Of a stretch of 64,000 nt of DNA, positions 1-9,256 are shown in pieces. Made by a program: the position numbers and the translations under genes. The stretch is from Hydrogenophilales bacterium (GTDB taxonomy: Bacteria; Pseudomonadota; Gammaproteobacteria; Burkholderiales; Thiobacillaceae), in assembly GCA_037445185.1 (NCBI GenBank), contig JBBIKZ010000001.1, positions 27,485-91,484 of the forward strand, given 5' to 3'. The notes beneath the pieces were generated by a model that was not told the origin of the DNA, searched no databases, and saw only the letters and a list, made by a program, of their open reading frames with translations. Within the stretch, counting starts at the first letter, position 1; every line of letters begins with the position of its first letter.

Positions 1-551
<551 letters not shown>

Positions 552-552
<1 letters not shown>

Positions 553-646
553 CAGGTGTCAGGTTACAGGTTACAGACCAGTTTGCGCGCCGCGCAGCGG
601 CACGGATACTTAATCTGAAACCTGACAGCTGTAACCTGACACCTGC
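552..646. repeat. palindromic intergenic element: perfect 18-bp inverted repeat with internal GC hairpin
   Basis: GCAGGTGTCAGGTTACAG (552-569) is the exact reverse complement of CTGTAACCTGACACCTGC (629-646). Inner hairpin TGCGCG-C-CGCGCA at 584-596. Shares 10-11-mers with the glyA-nrdR spacer. Confidence 0.85.
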
Positions 647-1905
647 TACCCCCTTCGCATCGACTCGAAGAAGGCGTCGTTGTCCTTGGTGACGCGGATC
701 TTGTCGAGCAGGAATTCCATGGCCTCGAGGTCGTCCATGGGATAGAGCAGTTTTCTCAATACCCAGATCTTCTGCAGGATCTCCGGCTTGATGAGCAGCT
801 CTTCCTTGCGGGTGCCGGAGCGGTTGACGTTGATGGCGGGATAGACCCGCTTTTCCGCCATGCGCCGGTCGAGGTGGATCTCCAGGTTGCCGGTGCCCTT
901 GAATTCCTCGTAGATCACGTCGTCCATGCGGCTGCCGGTGTCGATGAGCGCGGTGGCCAGGATGGTGAGTGAACCGCCCTCCTCGATGTTGCGCGCCGCG
1001 CCGAAGAAGCGCTTGGGCTTCTGCAGGGCATTGGCGTCCACGCCGCCGGTGAGCACCTTGCCCGAGGCCGGCTGCACGGTGTTGTAGGCGCGCGCCAGCC
1101 GCGTAATGGAGTCGAGCAGGATGACCACGTCCTTCTTGTGCTCGACCAGGCGCTTGGCCTTCTCCAGCACCATCTCCGCCACCTGCACGTGGCGGCTGGC
1201 CGGCTCATCGAAGGTGGAGGCCACCACCTCGCCTTTGACGGTGCGCGTCATCTCGGTCACCTCCTCGGGGCGCTCGTCGATGAGCAGGACGATCAGCACG
1301 GCCTCGGGGTGGTTGGCGGTGATGGCGTGGGCGATGTGCTGCAGCATCACCGTCTTGCCCGACTTGGGCGGCGCGACGATCAAGCCCCGCGAGCCCTTGC
1401 CGATGGGCGAGATGATGTCGATCACCCGCCCGGTGAGGTTTTCCTCCGCCTTGATGTCCCGTTCCAGCTTGTAGGGCTGGTTCGGGAACAGGGGCGTCAG
1501 GTTCTCGAACATGATCTTGTGCTTGAGCGCCTCGGGCGGCTCGCCGTTGACCTTGTCGAGCTTGGTGAGCGCAAAGTAGCGCTCGCCGTCCTTGGGCGTG
1601 CGCACCTCGCCCTCGATGGTGTCGCCGGTGCGCAGATTGAAGCGGCGCACCTGCGAGGGCGAGACATAGATGTCGTCGGTATTGGCCAGATAGGAGGTGT
1701 CCGGCGAGCGCAGGAAACCGAAACCGTCCGGCAGCACCTCCAGCACGCCGTCCCCGTAGATGATCTCGCCCTGTTTGGCCTTGGTTTTCAGCAGGGCGAA
1801 GATGAGCTCCTGCTTGCGCATGCGGTTGGCATTCTCGATGCCGCTCGCCTCTGCCATCGCCAGCAGTTCGCTGACGTGCAGTTGTTTCAATTCCGATAGG
1901 TGCAT
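646..1905 (-). CDS. rho: transcription termination factor Rho
   Basis: 419 aa from ATG 1905 ([19 protein letters not shown]...). N-terminal RNA-binding region, P-loop [16 protein letters not shown]-terminal ...[25 protein letters not shown]. The upstream 28-codon extension in the ORF track was not used. Confidence 0.95.
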   Translation of the reverse strand: MHLSELKQLHVSELLAMAEASGIENANRMRKQELIFALLKTKAKQGEIIYGDGVLEVLPDGFGFLRSPDTSYLANTDDIYVSPSQVRRFNLRTGDTIEGEVRTPKDGERYFALTKLDKVNGEPPEALKHKIMFENLTPLFPNQPYKLERDIKAEENLTGRVIDIISPIGKGSRGLIVAPPKSGKTVMLQHIAHAITANHPEAVLIVLLIDERPEEVTEMTRTVKGEVVASTFDEPASRHVQVAEMVLEKAKRLVEHKKDVVILLDSITRLARAYNTVQPASGKVLTGGVDANALQKPKRFFGAARNIEEGGSLTILATALIDTGSRMDDVIYEEFKGTGNLEIHLDRRMAEKRVYPAINVNRSGTRKEELLIKPEILQKIWVLRKLLYPMDDLEAMEFLLDKIRVTKDNDAFFESMRRG

Positions 1906-2014
1906 GTTGTCGATGCTGCTGGGGGTAGGACCGGCGCTTGGCCGGGGGCGGGGGAAAGGCGGATCGGGAAGGGGCGCCCGGAAGGACATCCGGGCGCGGG
2001 GAGACTAGCGAAGT

Positions 2015-2341
2015 TCAGATGTTGCTGTCAACAAAGGCGGTGAGCTGCGACTTGGACAGCGCGCCCACCTTGGTCGCCTCCACGTTGCCGTTCTTGAAGA
2101 TCATCAGGGTCGGGATGCCGCGGATGCCGTACTTGGGCGGGATCTGCTGGTTTTCGTCGATGTTGAGCTTGCAGACCTTGAGACGGCCGCTGTACTCCTT
2201 GGCCACCTCGTCGAGTATGGGGGAGATCATCTTGCAGGGGCCACACCAGTCCGCCCAGTAGTCGACCAACACCGGCATGGGCGATTGCAGGACCTCCTGC
2301 TCGAAGGTGTCGTCTGTCACGTAGTGGATGTGCTCGCTCAT
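2015..2341 (-). CDS. trxA: thioredoxin
   Basis: 108 aa with WCGPC active site; sits immediately upstream of rho, as in many Proteobacteria. Confidence 0.9.
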   Translation of the reverse strand: MSEHIHYVTDDTFEQEVLQSPMPVLVDYWADWCGPCKMISPILDEVAKEYSGRLKVCKLNIDENQQIPPKYGIRGIPTLMIFKNGNVEATKVGALSKSQLTAFVDSNI

Positions 2342-2357
2342 CTTGGAATCCTCGCTT

Positions 2358-2385
2358 TTGAAGGGGGTGGCGTTAGGGCTATGAT
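2358..2385 (+). promoter_or_regulatory. candidate sigma-70 promoter for fdxA
   Basis: TTGAAG (2358-2363), 16-nt spacer, TATGAT (2380-2385) in the trxA/fdxA divergent spacer. Such AT-rich hexamers are rare in this GC-rich DNA. Confidence 0.25.
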
Positions 2386-2441
2386 AAGCGCCAGCGGAAA
2401 GTTGACGCTATGCTAGCGAAAAAGCCACGGAGAAGAAAGGC

Positions 2442-2765
2442 ATGACCTACGTCGTAACCGAGAACTGCATCCAGTGCAAATATACCGACTGCGTGGACGT
2501 CTGTCCGGTGGACTGCTTTCACGAAGGGCCCAACTTCCTGGTCATCGACCCCGACGAGTGCATCGACTGCACCCTGTGCGTGGCGGAGTGTCCCGCCGAG
2601 GCCATCTTCGCCGAGGATGACGTGCCGGACGATCAGCGCCATTTCATCCAGCTCAATGCCGAACTGGCGAAGCTCTGGCCGGTCATCGTCGAGAAGAAGG
2701 ATCCCCTGCCCGATGCCGACGCGTGGAACGGCAAACCGGACAAGCTCAAGCTGCTGCAGCGCTGA
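2442..2765 (+). CDS. fdxA: 7Fe-type ferredoxin
   Basis: 107 aa, [26 protein letters not shown]...[12 protein letters not shown]: the two Cys clusters typical of Azotobacter-type ferredoxin I. Confidence 0.9.
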   Translation: MTYVVTENCIQCKYTDCVDVCPVDCFHEGPNFLVIDPDECIDCTLCVAECPAEAIFAEDDVPDDQRHFIQLNAELAKLWPVIVEKKDPLPDADAWNGKPDKLKLLQR

Positions 2766-2769
2766 CCCT

Positions 2770-2968
2770 CGATAGGGTACCTCGAAAAACCTACTGCGCA
2801 CCCCGATTGCTGCGTTGGGCGGTGTTGGCTCCGGTCGCTACGCTTGACATCGGCTGCGCCGAAACTCGCCATGGAAGGATATTGTCCATGGCTCGTTTTC
2901 TCGGTCGCTGCGGCTGCGTCCGCCTTGCACTCGCGCCGCTCGCGACGGTTTTTCGAGGTGCCCGATAG
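2770..2968. mobile_element. MITE-like palindromic element (187 bp) with 16-bp terminal inverted repeats and a flanking 6-bp direct repeat
   Basis: CGATAG (2770-2775), then GGTACCTCGAAAAACC (2776-2791) ... GGTTTTTCGAGGTGCC (2947-2962), then CGATAG (2963-2968). The interior is an imperfect long hairpin with apical CCATGG-N11-CCATGG (2869-2891). Confidence 0.5.
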
Positions 2969-3058
2969 CCGTGGGGCCGCCGCCGCGCATGACAAGCGGC
3001 TGCCGAGGACTCGGTTCGCGCCTGCGGCCATCAACCGTCTGCTCCTCCGCAGGGGCGT

Positions 3059-4126
3059 TCAATCTCCGCTCATGCCCGCCACCCGGATGCCGCTCTGACC
3101 GGCGAACTCCAACATGCGGTTGATGGGGCGCACCGCCCGTACACGTATGTCTTCAGGGATGTGAATCTCGTTCTCCCCCGTCTCCAGTACGTGCGCGAGC
3201 TTCCTCAGGCCGTTCATCGCCATCCACGGGCAGTGGGCGCAGGACACACAGGTCGCCCCCTTGCCGCCGGTGGGGGCCTCCAGCAGCAGCTTCTGCGGGG
3301 CAGCCTCGCGCATCTTGTAGAAGATGCCGATGTCGGTGGCGACGATGAAGCTCGGATTGGGCAGTTCGTGCACGGCGCGGATCAATTGCGTGGTGGACCC
3401 CACCACATCGGCCATGGCGATCACCTCCGCCGGCGATTCGGGGTGGACGAGGATGCCTGCCTCCGGGTGCAGCCGCTTGAGCTCACGGATGCCCTCGGCC
3501 TTGAACTTCTCGTGCACCACGCAGGCGCCCTGCCAGAGGATCATGTCCGCGCCTGTGGTGCGTTGCACGTAGTCACCCAGGTAGCGGTCCGGCGCCCAGA
3601 GGATCTTCTCGCCCCGCGCGGCCAGATGCTGTACCACCTTCACAGCGATGCTGGAGGTGACCACCCAGTCGGCGCGCGCCTTCACCGCCGCCGAGGTGTT
3701 GGCATAGACCACCACCGTGCGATCGGGGTGGGCGTCGCAGAAGGGGATGAACGTCTCGGCGGGACAGGACAGGTCCAGTGAACACTCGGCCTTGAGATCG
3801 GGCATCAGCACCCGTTTTTCTGGGTTGAGGATCTTGGCCGTCTCGCCCATGAAACGCACGCCGGCCACCACCAGGGTCTTGGCCTGCGAGGCATGGCCGA
3901 AGCGCGCCATCTCCAGGGAGTCCGACACGCAGCCGCCGGTCTCCTCGGCCAGGCGCTGCAGGTCGGCCGAGGTGTAGTAGTGCGCCACCAGCACGGCGTC
4001 CTGTTCCTTGAGCAGCCGCTTGATGCGCGCGACGAGCTCAGTGCGTTCGGCCTCGCTCAGGCTCTCCTCGACGACGGGCGGCACGTCCAGCACTGGCTGG
4101 GAGGGTGGGAAAGCGGCAGGGGTCAT
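3059..4126 (-). CDS. nadA: quinolinate synthase A
   Basis: 355 aa full-length NadA-like sequence (...[19 protein letters not shown]...[12 protein letters not shown]...[10 protein letters not shown]...). Confidence 0.9.
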   Translation of the reverse strand: MTPAAFPPSQPVLDVPPVVEESLSEAERTELVARIKRLLKEQDAVLVAHYYTSADLQRLAEETGGCVSDSLEMARFGHASQAKTLVVAGVRFMGETAKILNPEKRVLMPDLKAECSLDLSCPAETFIPFCDAHPDRTVVVYANTSAAVKARADWVVTSSIAVKVVQHLAARGEKILWAPDRYLGDYVQRTTGADMILWQGACVVHEKFKAEGIRELKRLHPEAGILVHPESPAEVIAMADVVGSTTQLIRAVHELPNPSFIVATDIGIFYKMREAAPQKLLLEAPTGGKGATCVSCAHCPWMAMNGLRKLAHVLETGENEIHIPEDIRVRAVRPINRMLEFAGQSGIRVAGMSGD

Positions 4127-4259
4127 GATGGTTGTACCTGGTCCGGGGCGGTGACTGACTAACTACGCATCATAGTCACAATTGGGGGCCATAGGCAGGA
4201 CTGTCAAGGCAGGGCTGTCAAGAGACGGTCTGCCCCCCCAGTTGGTAGACTGCCGGACC

Positions 4260-4922
4260 ATGCGACAACTGATCCTCGACATCCGACCCGACGCGCCACC
4301 CAATCTCGCTAACTTTCTGCCAGGGGCCAATGCGGAGGCCTTGGAGGCCTTGCGTGCAGCGTCGGCGGGCAGCGCCGCGCAGACGGTGATCTATCTCTGG
4401 GGGGTGCCGGGTGTCGGCAGGACCCACCTGCTGCGCGCCACGGTAGCAGCGGCACGGGCGCTGGGCCGGCCGGCCCGCTACGTGCCGGCCGGCGCGCCGC
4501 TGCCCGAGGCCCCGTTCGGATTGCTGGCGGTGGACGATGTGCAGGCCCTCGACGCGACCGGCCAGATTGCCCTGTTCGACCGCATCAACTCGGCCCGGGA
4601 GGGTCAGGGGATGGTTGTGGCTGCCGGTGACGCCGCCCCCGCCCGCCTGGCCTTGCGGCCGGATCTGGCGAGCCGCCTGGCATGGGGGCTGGTCTTCGCG
4701 TTGCAGCCCTTGCACGACGACCACAAGCGCCTGGCCCTCCTCGAGCGGGCCCGCGCCCGCGGCATGGCGCTGCCCGAAGAGGTCGCGCGCTACCTGCTCA
4801 GCCATTGTCGGCGCGACCTGCCCAACCTGTTGGCGCTCGTCGATGCGCTGGATGCCTACTCGCTTAGCCGCAAACGGCCGATTACCCTGGCCTTGCTCAA
4901 ATCCATGCTCAAGGCAGACTAG
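4260..4922 (+). CDS. hda: DnaA regulatory inactivator Hda
   Basis: 220 aa from ATG 4260 (MRQLILDIRPDAPPNLANFLPGANAEAL...IYLWGVPGVGRTHLL...), a short DnaA-domain-III-like AAA+ protein. Confidence 0.8.
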   Translation: MRQLILDIRPDAPPNLANFLPGANAEALEALRAASAGSAAQTVIYLWGVPGVGRTHLLRATVAAARALGRPARYVPAGAPLPEAPFGLLAVDDVQALDATGQIALFDRINSAREGQGMVVAAGDAAPARLALRPDLASRLAWGLVFALQPLHDDHKRLALLERARARGMALPEEVARYLLSHCRRDLPNLLALVDALDAYSLSRKRPITLALLKSMLKAD

Positions 4923-4927
4923 CGACG

Positions 4928-5998
4928 ATGCACCTGGCCGCCTGCATCAGTCATCACGGACGCGGGCATCTGGCCCAGACCGCGCCGGTGCTCAACGCCT
5001 TGCCGGCGCTGTGGCCCGGGCTGCGACTGACGGTGATCTCGGCCTTGCCCCCAGCCGTGCTGGCCAGCCGCATCCGCGTCCCTTTCAGCCATCTGCCGGA
5101 TGCGCTCGACTGCGGCATGATCATGCAGGATGCCCTGCGCATCGACCTCAAGGCGAGCCTCGAGGCTTATCGTGCCTGCCACGCCGCGTGGCCGATGCGC
5201 GTGTCGAGGCTGGCGGAGCGCTTGCAGCACGAACGCGTCGATGCCGTGCTGAGCAACATCGCCTATCTGCCGCTCGCTGCCGCCCAGGCCGCTGGCTTGT
5301 GCGCCGCGGCCTTGTGCTCCCTCAACTGGCACGACATCTTCCGCCACTACCTGGGCGAGATGGATGACGCGGGGGAGATCCTGGGCCAGATGTCGGCGGC
5401 CTATCGGAGCGCCGCGGTCTTTTACCGGCCGGCGCCGGCCATGTCCATGCCCGGCCTGGCCCATACCGTCGCCGTGCCCCCCATCGCCGAGGCCGGCATC
5501 GCGCGGCGGGAGGAACTGCGCCGCCGGCTCGATCTACCCGCAGGCTGCCGGCTGGTGCTCGTCGGCATGGGGGGTATCGCTTACCGTTTACCGGGAACGC
5601 ATTGGAGCCGGGGCCGGGACCTGGTCTGGCTGGTGCCCGACGACTGGGCGCGGGACGGCAGGCGCGTCCATGGCCTCTCCGAGACGGGCATGCCATTCGG
5701 CGATCTGCTCGCGTCCTGTGATGCCCTGATCACCAAGCCGGGTTATGGCAGCTTCGTCGAGGCAGCGGCGGCCGGCGTGCCCGTGCTCTATCTGCCGCGA
5801 CCGGACTGGCCGGAGACCCCCTACCTGGTGGACTGGCTGCATCGCCATGTCCATGCCCTAGAGATCGACGAGGCCGCCTGGGCGGAGGGTGGGGTCGCGG
5901 ACGCCCTCGCGCGGCTTTGGGCGCGACCACCGCGCCCGCGGCTACGACCGACGGGTGCCCAGGTGGTGGCGGGCCGGCTACGGGAACTGTTCGGCTAG
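4928..5998 (+). CDS. hypothetical protein, GT-B glycosyltransferase-like (suspected)
   Basis: 356 aa. N-terminal HHGRGHLAQ motif and C-terminal ...ALITKPGYGSFVEAAAAGVPVLYLPR... resemble GT1/GT28-type nucleotide-sugar transferases. Starts 5 bp after hda. Confidence 0.5.
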   Translation: MHLAACISHHGRGHLAQTAPVLNALPALWPGLRLTVISALPPAVLASRIRVPFSHLPDALDCGMIMQDALRIDLKASLEAYRACHAAWPMRVSRLAERLQHERVDAVLSNIAYLPLAAAQAAGLCAAALCSLNWHDIFRHYLGEMDDAGEILGQMSAAYRSAAVFYRPAPAMSMPGLAHTVAVPPIAEAGIARREELRRRLDLPAGCRLVLVGMGGIAYRLPGTHWSRGRDLVWLVPDDWARDGRRVHGLSETGMPFGDLLASCDALITKPGYGSFVEAAAAGVPVLYLPRPDWPETPYLVDWLHRHVHALEIDEAAWAEGGVADALARLWARPPRPRLRPTGAQVVAGRLRELFG

Positions 5999-6024
5999 AG
6001 GCGTGCGGGTCGTGCCTGCAGCGC

Positions 6025-6396
6025 TCAGCCCGCCTGCTGCTGCTCGCGAGCGATCTCCTCGTGCACCTTGGCCATGTCCAATTCCCTTGCCCGCGCGATG
6101 AGGTCGTCCAAGGCGCTCGCGGGCAGGGCGCCCGGTTGTGCATAGATTATGACCTTTTCTCGGAAGATCATCAGGGTGGGGATGGAGCGGATCTGGAAGT
6201 GGGCGGCCAGGGCTTGTTCCTCTTGCGTGTTGACCTTGGCGAAGACGATATCCGGGTGCTTCTCCGACGCCGCCTCGAATACCGGGGCGAAGCCGCGGCA
6301 GGGTCCGCACCACGGGGCCCAGAAGTCGACGATGACGAAGTCGTTGTTGAGTACGGTCTGTTCGAAATTGGCTTGATTGAGTTCGACGACGGCCAT
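6025..6396 (-). CDS. thioredoxin family protein
   Basis: 123 aa from ATG 6396 (MAVVELNQANFEQTVL...FWAPWCGPC...) with a C-terminal helical extension. Confidence 0.85.
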   Translation of the reverse strand: MAVVELNQANFEQTVLNNDFVIVDFWAPWCGPCRGFAPVFEAASEKHPDIVFAKVNTQEEQALAAHFQIRSIPTLMIFREKVIIYAQPGALPASALDDLIARARELDMAKVHEEIAREQQQAG

Positions 6397-6484
6397 GGGT
6401 GTCTTCCCTATGAGTTGATCAGATAGCCCGGTGGATCGGTGGCCAGCCCGGCTGCCGCGCCATCGCGACGGCGCAGCGGACACG

Positions 6485-6509
6485 AAAAAGCCGACCTGAC
6501 GGTCGGCTT
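6485..6509 (-). terminator. intrinsic terminator of the 82-aa orphan gene
   Basis: On the minus strand AAGCCGACC-GTCA-GGTCGGCTT is followed by TTTTT, 27 nt after the stop at 6536. Confidence 0.7.
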
Positions 6510-6535
6510 GCACACATATCACGTGGTTGGCGCCT

Positions 6536-6784
6536 TCACCCAGCCGCCAGCAGACGGGGCCTGGTCTCCCCGGAACGCCGCCACAGGTTGGGGCTCACCT
6601 TGAGATTCGCCTTCACCTCGGCGCGCTGGACGGCCGTGACAAGCTCGGTCGCCAAGGCACGGGCCTGACTGGGGGTCAGGGTGAGTGCGGTCCCATGGGT
6701 TCCCTCCACGCTGATGGTCACCCGATCTTGTCCGTCTATAGTCGTCGTCAGTTGTACTTGCACCTGGGTCACCTGTGATGTCAT
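6536..6784 (-). CDS. hypothetical small protein (82 aa)
   Basis: ATG 6784 is preceded by GGGAGAA 4 nt upstream. It has its own terminator and a sigma-54-like promoter. MTSQVTQVQVQLTTTIDGQDRVTISVEG... belongs to no family I recognise. Confidence 0.55.
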   Translation of the reverse strand: MTSQVTQVQVQLTTTIDGQDRVTISVEGTHGTALTLTPSQARALATELVTAVQRAEVKANLKVSPNLWRRSGETRPRLLAAG

Positions 6785-6825
6785 GTCGTTCTCCCTACTG
6801 CCTGTCCTCGTTGTGCATCCATGTG

Positions 6826-6842
6826 CAGCATGAAGCGTGCCA
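6826..6842 (-). promoter_or_regulatory. sigma-54 (-24/-12) type promoter candidate
   Basis: The minus strand reads TGGCACG-CTTC-ATGCT against consensus TGGCACG-N4-TTGCW. GG and GC are correctly spaced, about 43 nt upstream of ATG 6784. Confidence 0.5.
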
Positions 6843-6966
6843 GAGGAAGGCCATCGGCACTGCAGCAACATGCCCTATTCAATCATGGGCATTTGAAGAA
6901 TTTATGATCTCGCTGCGCCGGCGCTTTGCCGGAACGTCAACAGGACTGTCGGGATATCGACAAGTG

Positions 6967-7130
6967 TCGGTTCCGCACGGCCGTTCCGAAGGAACCGACA
7001 TTCCCCCCCGGGGGGAGACGAGCGCAGCGAGTAGGGGGCCGTCGCATCTCGGTTCCGCACGGCCGTTCCGAAGGAACCGACATTCCCCCCCGGGGGGAGA
7101 CGAGCGCAGCGCGTTAGGGACCCGTCATAG
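6967..7130. repeat. tandem duplication of an 82-bp unit rich in self-complementary modules
   Basis: 6967-7029 and 7049-7111 are identical over 63/63 nt, and the 19-nt tails are related. Each unit contains CGGTTCC...GGAACCG / GTTCC-GAA-GGAAC and C7G6 palindromes. Confidence 0.9.
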
Positions 7131-7146
7131 TCGGGCCGCTTGACGA

Positions 7147-7172
7147 CAAAAAAGGCGAGCCGGAGGCTCGCC
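7147..7172 (-). terminator. intrinsic terminator of the Ala/Lys/Pro-rich protein gene
   Basis: On the minus strand GGCGAGCC-TCC-GGCTCGCC is followed by TTTTTTG, about 20 nt after the stop at 7194. Confidence 0.75.
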
Positions 7173-7193
7173 TTCGGCTTACTGTGGACGGCC

Positions 7194-7631
7194 TCAGGCC
7201 ACGGCCTTTTTGGCTGCGGTCTTCTTGGCGGCAGCGGGTTTGGCCGCCGCGGGTTTGGCGGCTGCCTTCTTCTCTGCCGCCGCGGGCTTGGCGGCGGGCT
7301 TGGCCGATGCTTTCTTGGCGGTGGCGGCTTTCGCGGCCGGGGCTGCAGCGGCCTTGGCCGGCGACTTCTTGGCCGCGGCGGGCTTGTCGGCCGGGGCAGC
7401 CGCTGCCTTGACGGCGGATGTCTTGGCTGCGGGTGCGGCCGCCGCCTTCTTCGCCGGGGCCTTCTGCGCGGTCGTGGTCTTGGCGGCGGTGGAGGCGCTC
7501 ACGGCAGCCGATTGGGTGGCTGCCGCCTTCGCGGCAGGCTTTTTGGCGGGGGCGGCCGCCTTGGCGGCAGGCTTCTTGGCGGCGGTTGCTGCCTTGGCGG
7601 CGGTGGTGCTTGCGGATTTGGCTGCGGGCAT
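7194..7631 (-). CDS. histone H1-like Ala/Lys/Pro-repeat protein (AlgP-like low-complexity protein)
   Basis: 145 aa from ATG 7631. KPAA/AKKA repeats throughout (…AAKKPAAKAAAPAKKPAAKAAA…). Confidence 0.7.
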   Translation of the reverse strand: MPAAKSASTTAAKAATAAKKPAAKAAAPAKKPAAKAAATQSAAVSASTAAKTTTAQKAPAKKAAAAPAAKTSAVKAAAAPADKPAAAKKSPAKAAAAPAAKAATAKKASAKPAAKPAAAEKKAAAKPAAAKPAAAKKTAAKKAVA

Positions 7632-7804
7632 CTCACACTCCTTTGATGGCGGCCCTGTATGAGGCCGAAAATCCTTGCAGTTCAAGGGTTTCCGCGCTTT
7701 TCCTGCGCGTTGTCGTAATTCTAGAACAAAAAATCGGCGCCACTGCAAGAATCTATGCGCCTTGACGACCCATGGTGCACATCAAAGGGCTTCATCGCGT
7801 GGTT

Positions 7805-9049
7805 TCAAGGCAACAGATGTTCGCCGGCGATGAGATCGGCGAGGGTCTCCCGCGCCCGCACGAGGTGCGCCTCGAGCCCGTCCACCATGATCTCGGCCGC
7901 GCGCGGACGGCTGTTGTAGTTGGAGCTCATGCTCATGCCGTAGGCGCCCGCGGAGCCTATGGCGAGAAGGTCGCCCTCGCCGAGAGCCAGGTCGCGATCG
8001 CGCGCGAGGAAGTCGCCGCTCTCGCACACCGGCCCCACGATCTGATAGCGGCGTGGGTCGCCTGCGCGCGCGCGCACGGGCTGGACGTCGTGCCAGGCAT
8101 CGTAGAGCGACGGGCGCATGAGGTCGTTCATGGCCGCATCCACCACGGCGTAGTCGCGGGTCTCGCCGTGTTTGAGATACAGCACGCGCGTAATGAGCAC
8201 ACCGGCATTGGCCACCAGCGAGCGTCCCGGCTCGACGATCAGCCGTTCGCGACGCCCGGCCATCTGGCCCAACAGCACCTGTGTGTAATCGCTCACCGCC
8301 GGCGGCGTCTCCCCGCCGTAGCGCACTCCCAGGCCGCCGCCCATGTCGATGTGTTCCAGCCGGATGCCGGCGTCCGCCAGGCGGTCCGCCAGGGTCAGGA
8401 CCCGCTCCAGGGCCTGGGCGAACGGACCGGTGTCCAGGAGCTGGGAGCCGATATGGCAGTCGATGCCGGTCACGTGGAGATGGGGCAGCTCTACCGCCTT
8501 GAGGTAGAGGTCGTAGGCCCGATCGTAGGGGATGCCGAACTTGCTCTCCTTGAGCCCCGTGGCGATGTAGGGATGCGTGCGGGCATCGACGTCGGGGTTG
8601 ATCCTGAGGGCGATGCGGGCGGGACGACCCACCCCGGCCGCCACACGGTTGAGATGGACGAGCTCGCTCTCCGATTCGACGTTGAAGCACAGGATGCCGG
8701 ACTCCAGCGCCGTGCGCATCTCCTCTTCCGTCTTGCCCACGCCGGAGAACACCACCTTGCCCGGGTCTCCGCCCGCCGCCAGGACCCTGGCGAGCTCCCC
8801 GCCCGACACGATGTCGAAGCCGGCACCGAGGCGGGCGAACACGTTGAGCACGGCGAGGTTGGAATTGGCCTTGACCGCGTAGCAGATCAGATGCGGGTGA
8901 GCCGCCAGGGCCCTTGCATAGGCCTGATAGGCCTGGGTCAGGGCGGCACGCGAGTAGACGTAACAGGGGGTGCCCCAGGTGGCGGCGATGCGCTCGAGCG
9001 ATACGCCCTCGCAGTGCAGCACCCCATCGATGCAGCGGAAGGGATTCAT
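7805..9049 (-). CDS. lysA: diaminopimelate decarboxylase
   Basis: 414 aa full-length LysA-like (…YAVKANSNLAVLN…HIGSQ…CESGD…). Confidence 0.95.
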   Translation of the reverse strand: MNPFRCIDGVLHCEGVSLERIAATWGTPCYVYSRAALTQAYQAYARALAAHPHLICYAVKANSNLAVLNVFARLGAGFDIVSGGELARVLAAGGDPGKVVFSGVGKTEEEMRTALESGILCFNVESESELVHLNRVAAGVGRPARIALRINPDVDARTHPYIATGLKESKFGIPYDRAYDLYLKAVELPHLHVTGIDCHIGSQLLDTGPFAQALERVLTLADRLADAGIRLEHIDMGGGLGVRYGGETPPAVSDYTQVLLGQMAGRRERLIVEPGRSLVANAGVLITRVLYLKHGETRDYAVVDAAMNDLMRPSLYDAWHDVQPVRARAGDPRRYQIVGPVCESGDFLARDRDLALGEGDLLAIGSAGAYGMSMSSNYNSRPRAAEIMVDGLEAHLVRARETLADLIAGEHLLP

Positions 9050-9183
9050 GGGCGTTGCGCTGCCTGGCCCGTCGCCTGAGTGCCTTGCGTCTGGGGCGGT
9101 GTGTCCGGCAGGTAGAGCGGTCCGCGTTTGCCACAGCCGATCAGCAAGAGCATGACCAACAACACAGGGAGGGTCGATCGCAT
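9046..9183 (-). CDS. lptM: small lipoprotein LptM/YifL (LppL) family
   Basis: 45 aa. Lipobox LLIGC followed by GKRGPLYLP, the conserved YifL motif. ATGA overlap with lysA; conserved position upstream of lysA/dapF. Confidence 0.75.
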   Translation of the reverse strand: MRSTLPVLLVMLLLIGCGKRGPLYLPDTPPQTQGTQATGQAAQRP

Positions 9184-9256
9184 CGGGGGAACGGATACAA
9201 TGAGGGTGGACGTCGCGTGCGATGCACGCGGGCAGAGTCTAGCATGGGGACAGGAC

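Noticed and set aside
646-1989. N-terminal extensions offered by the ORF track for rho, argH (to 12470), DUF1343 (to 22046), prlC (to 55657), glyA (from 56586), hemC (from 14128), the Lon-like gene (from TTG 27430) and others.
   Set aside because: Internal starts give proteins of canonical length with canonical N-termini (for example [10 protein letters not shown] for Rho). The extensions run through neighbouring genes or repeats and are Pro/Arg/Gly-rich.
6967-7130. Possible CRISPR array.
   Set aside because: There are only two directly abutting copies, no unique spacers between repeats, an 82-bp unit that is far too long, and no cas genes in the window.
6775-7143. ORFs of 122 aa and 63 aa (6926-7117) running through the tandem repeat.
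   Set aside because: They exist only because the repeat lacks stops. The peptide simply repeats (…VPHGRSEGTDIPPRGETSAA… twice), has no start context, and lies between a terminator and a promoter belonging to minus-strand genes.
7772-9134. Two ORFs longer than 430 aa (7772-9079 plus strand, 7782-9134 minus strand) overlapping lysA.
   Set aside because: The lysA frame (7805-9049, minus) carries the decarboxylase motifs. The others are out-of-frame or antisense open frames with Arg/Pro/Gly-rich junk composition.
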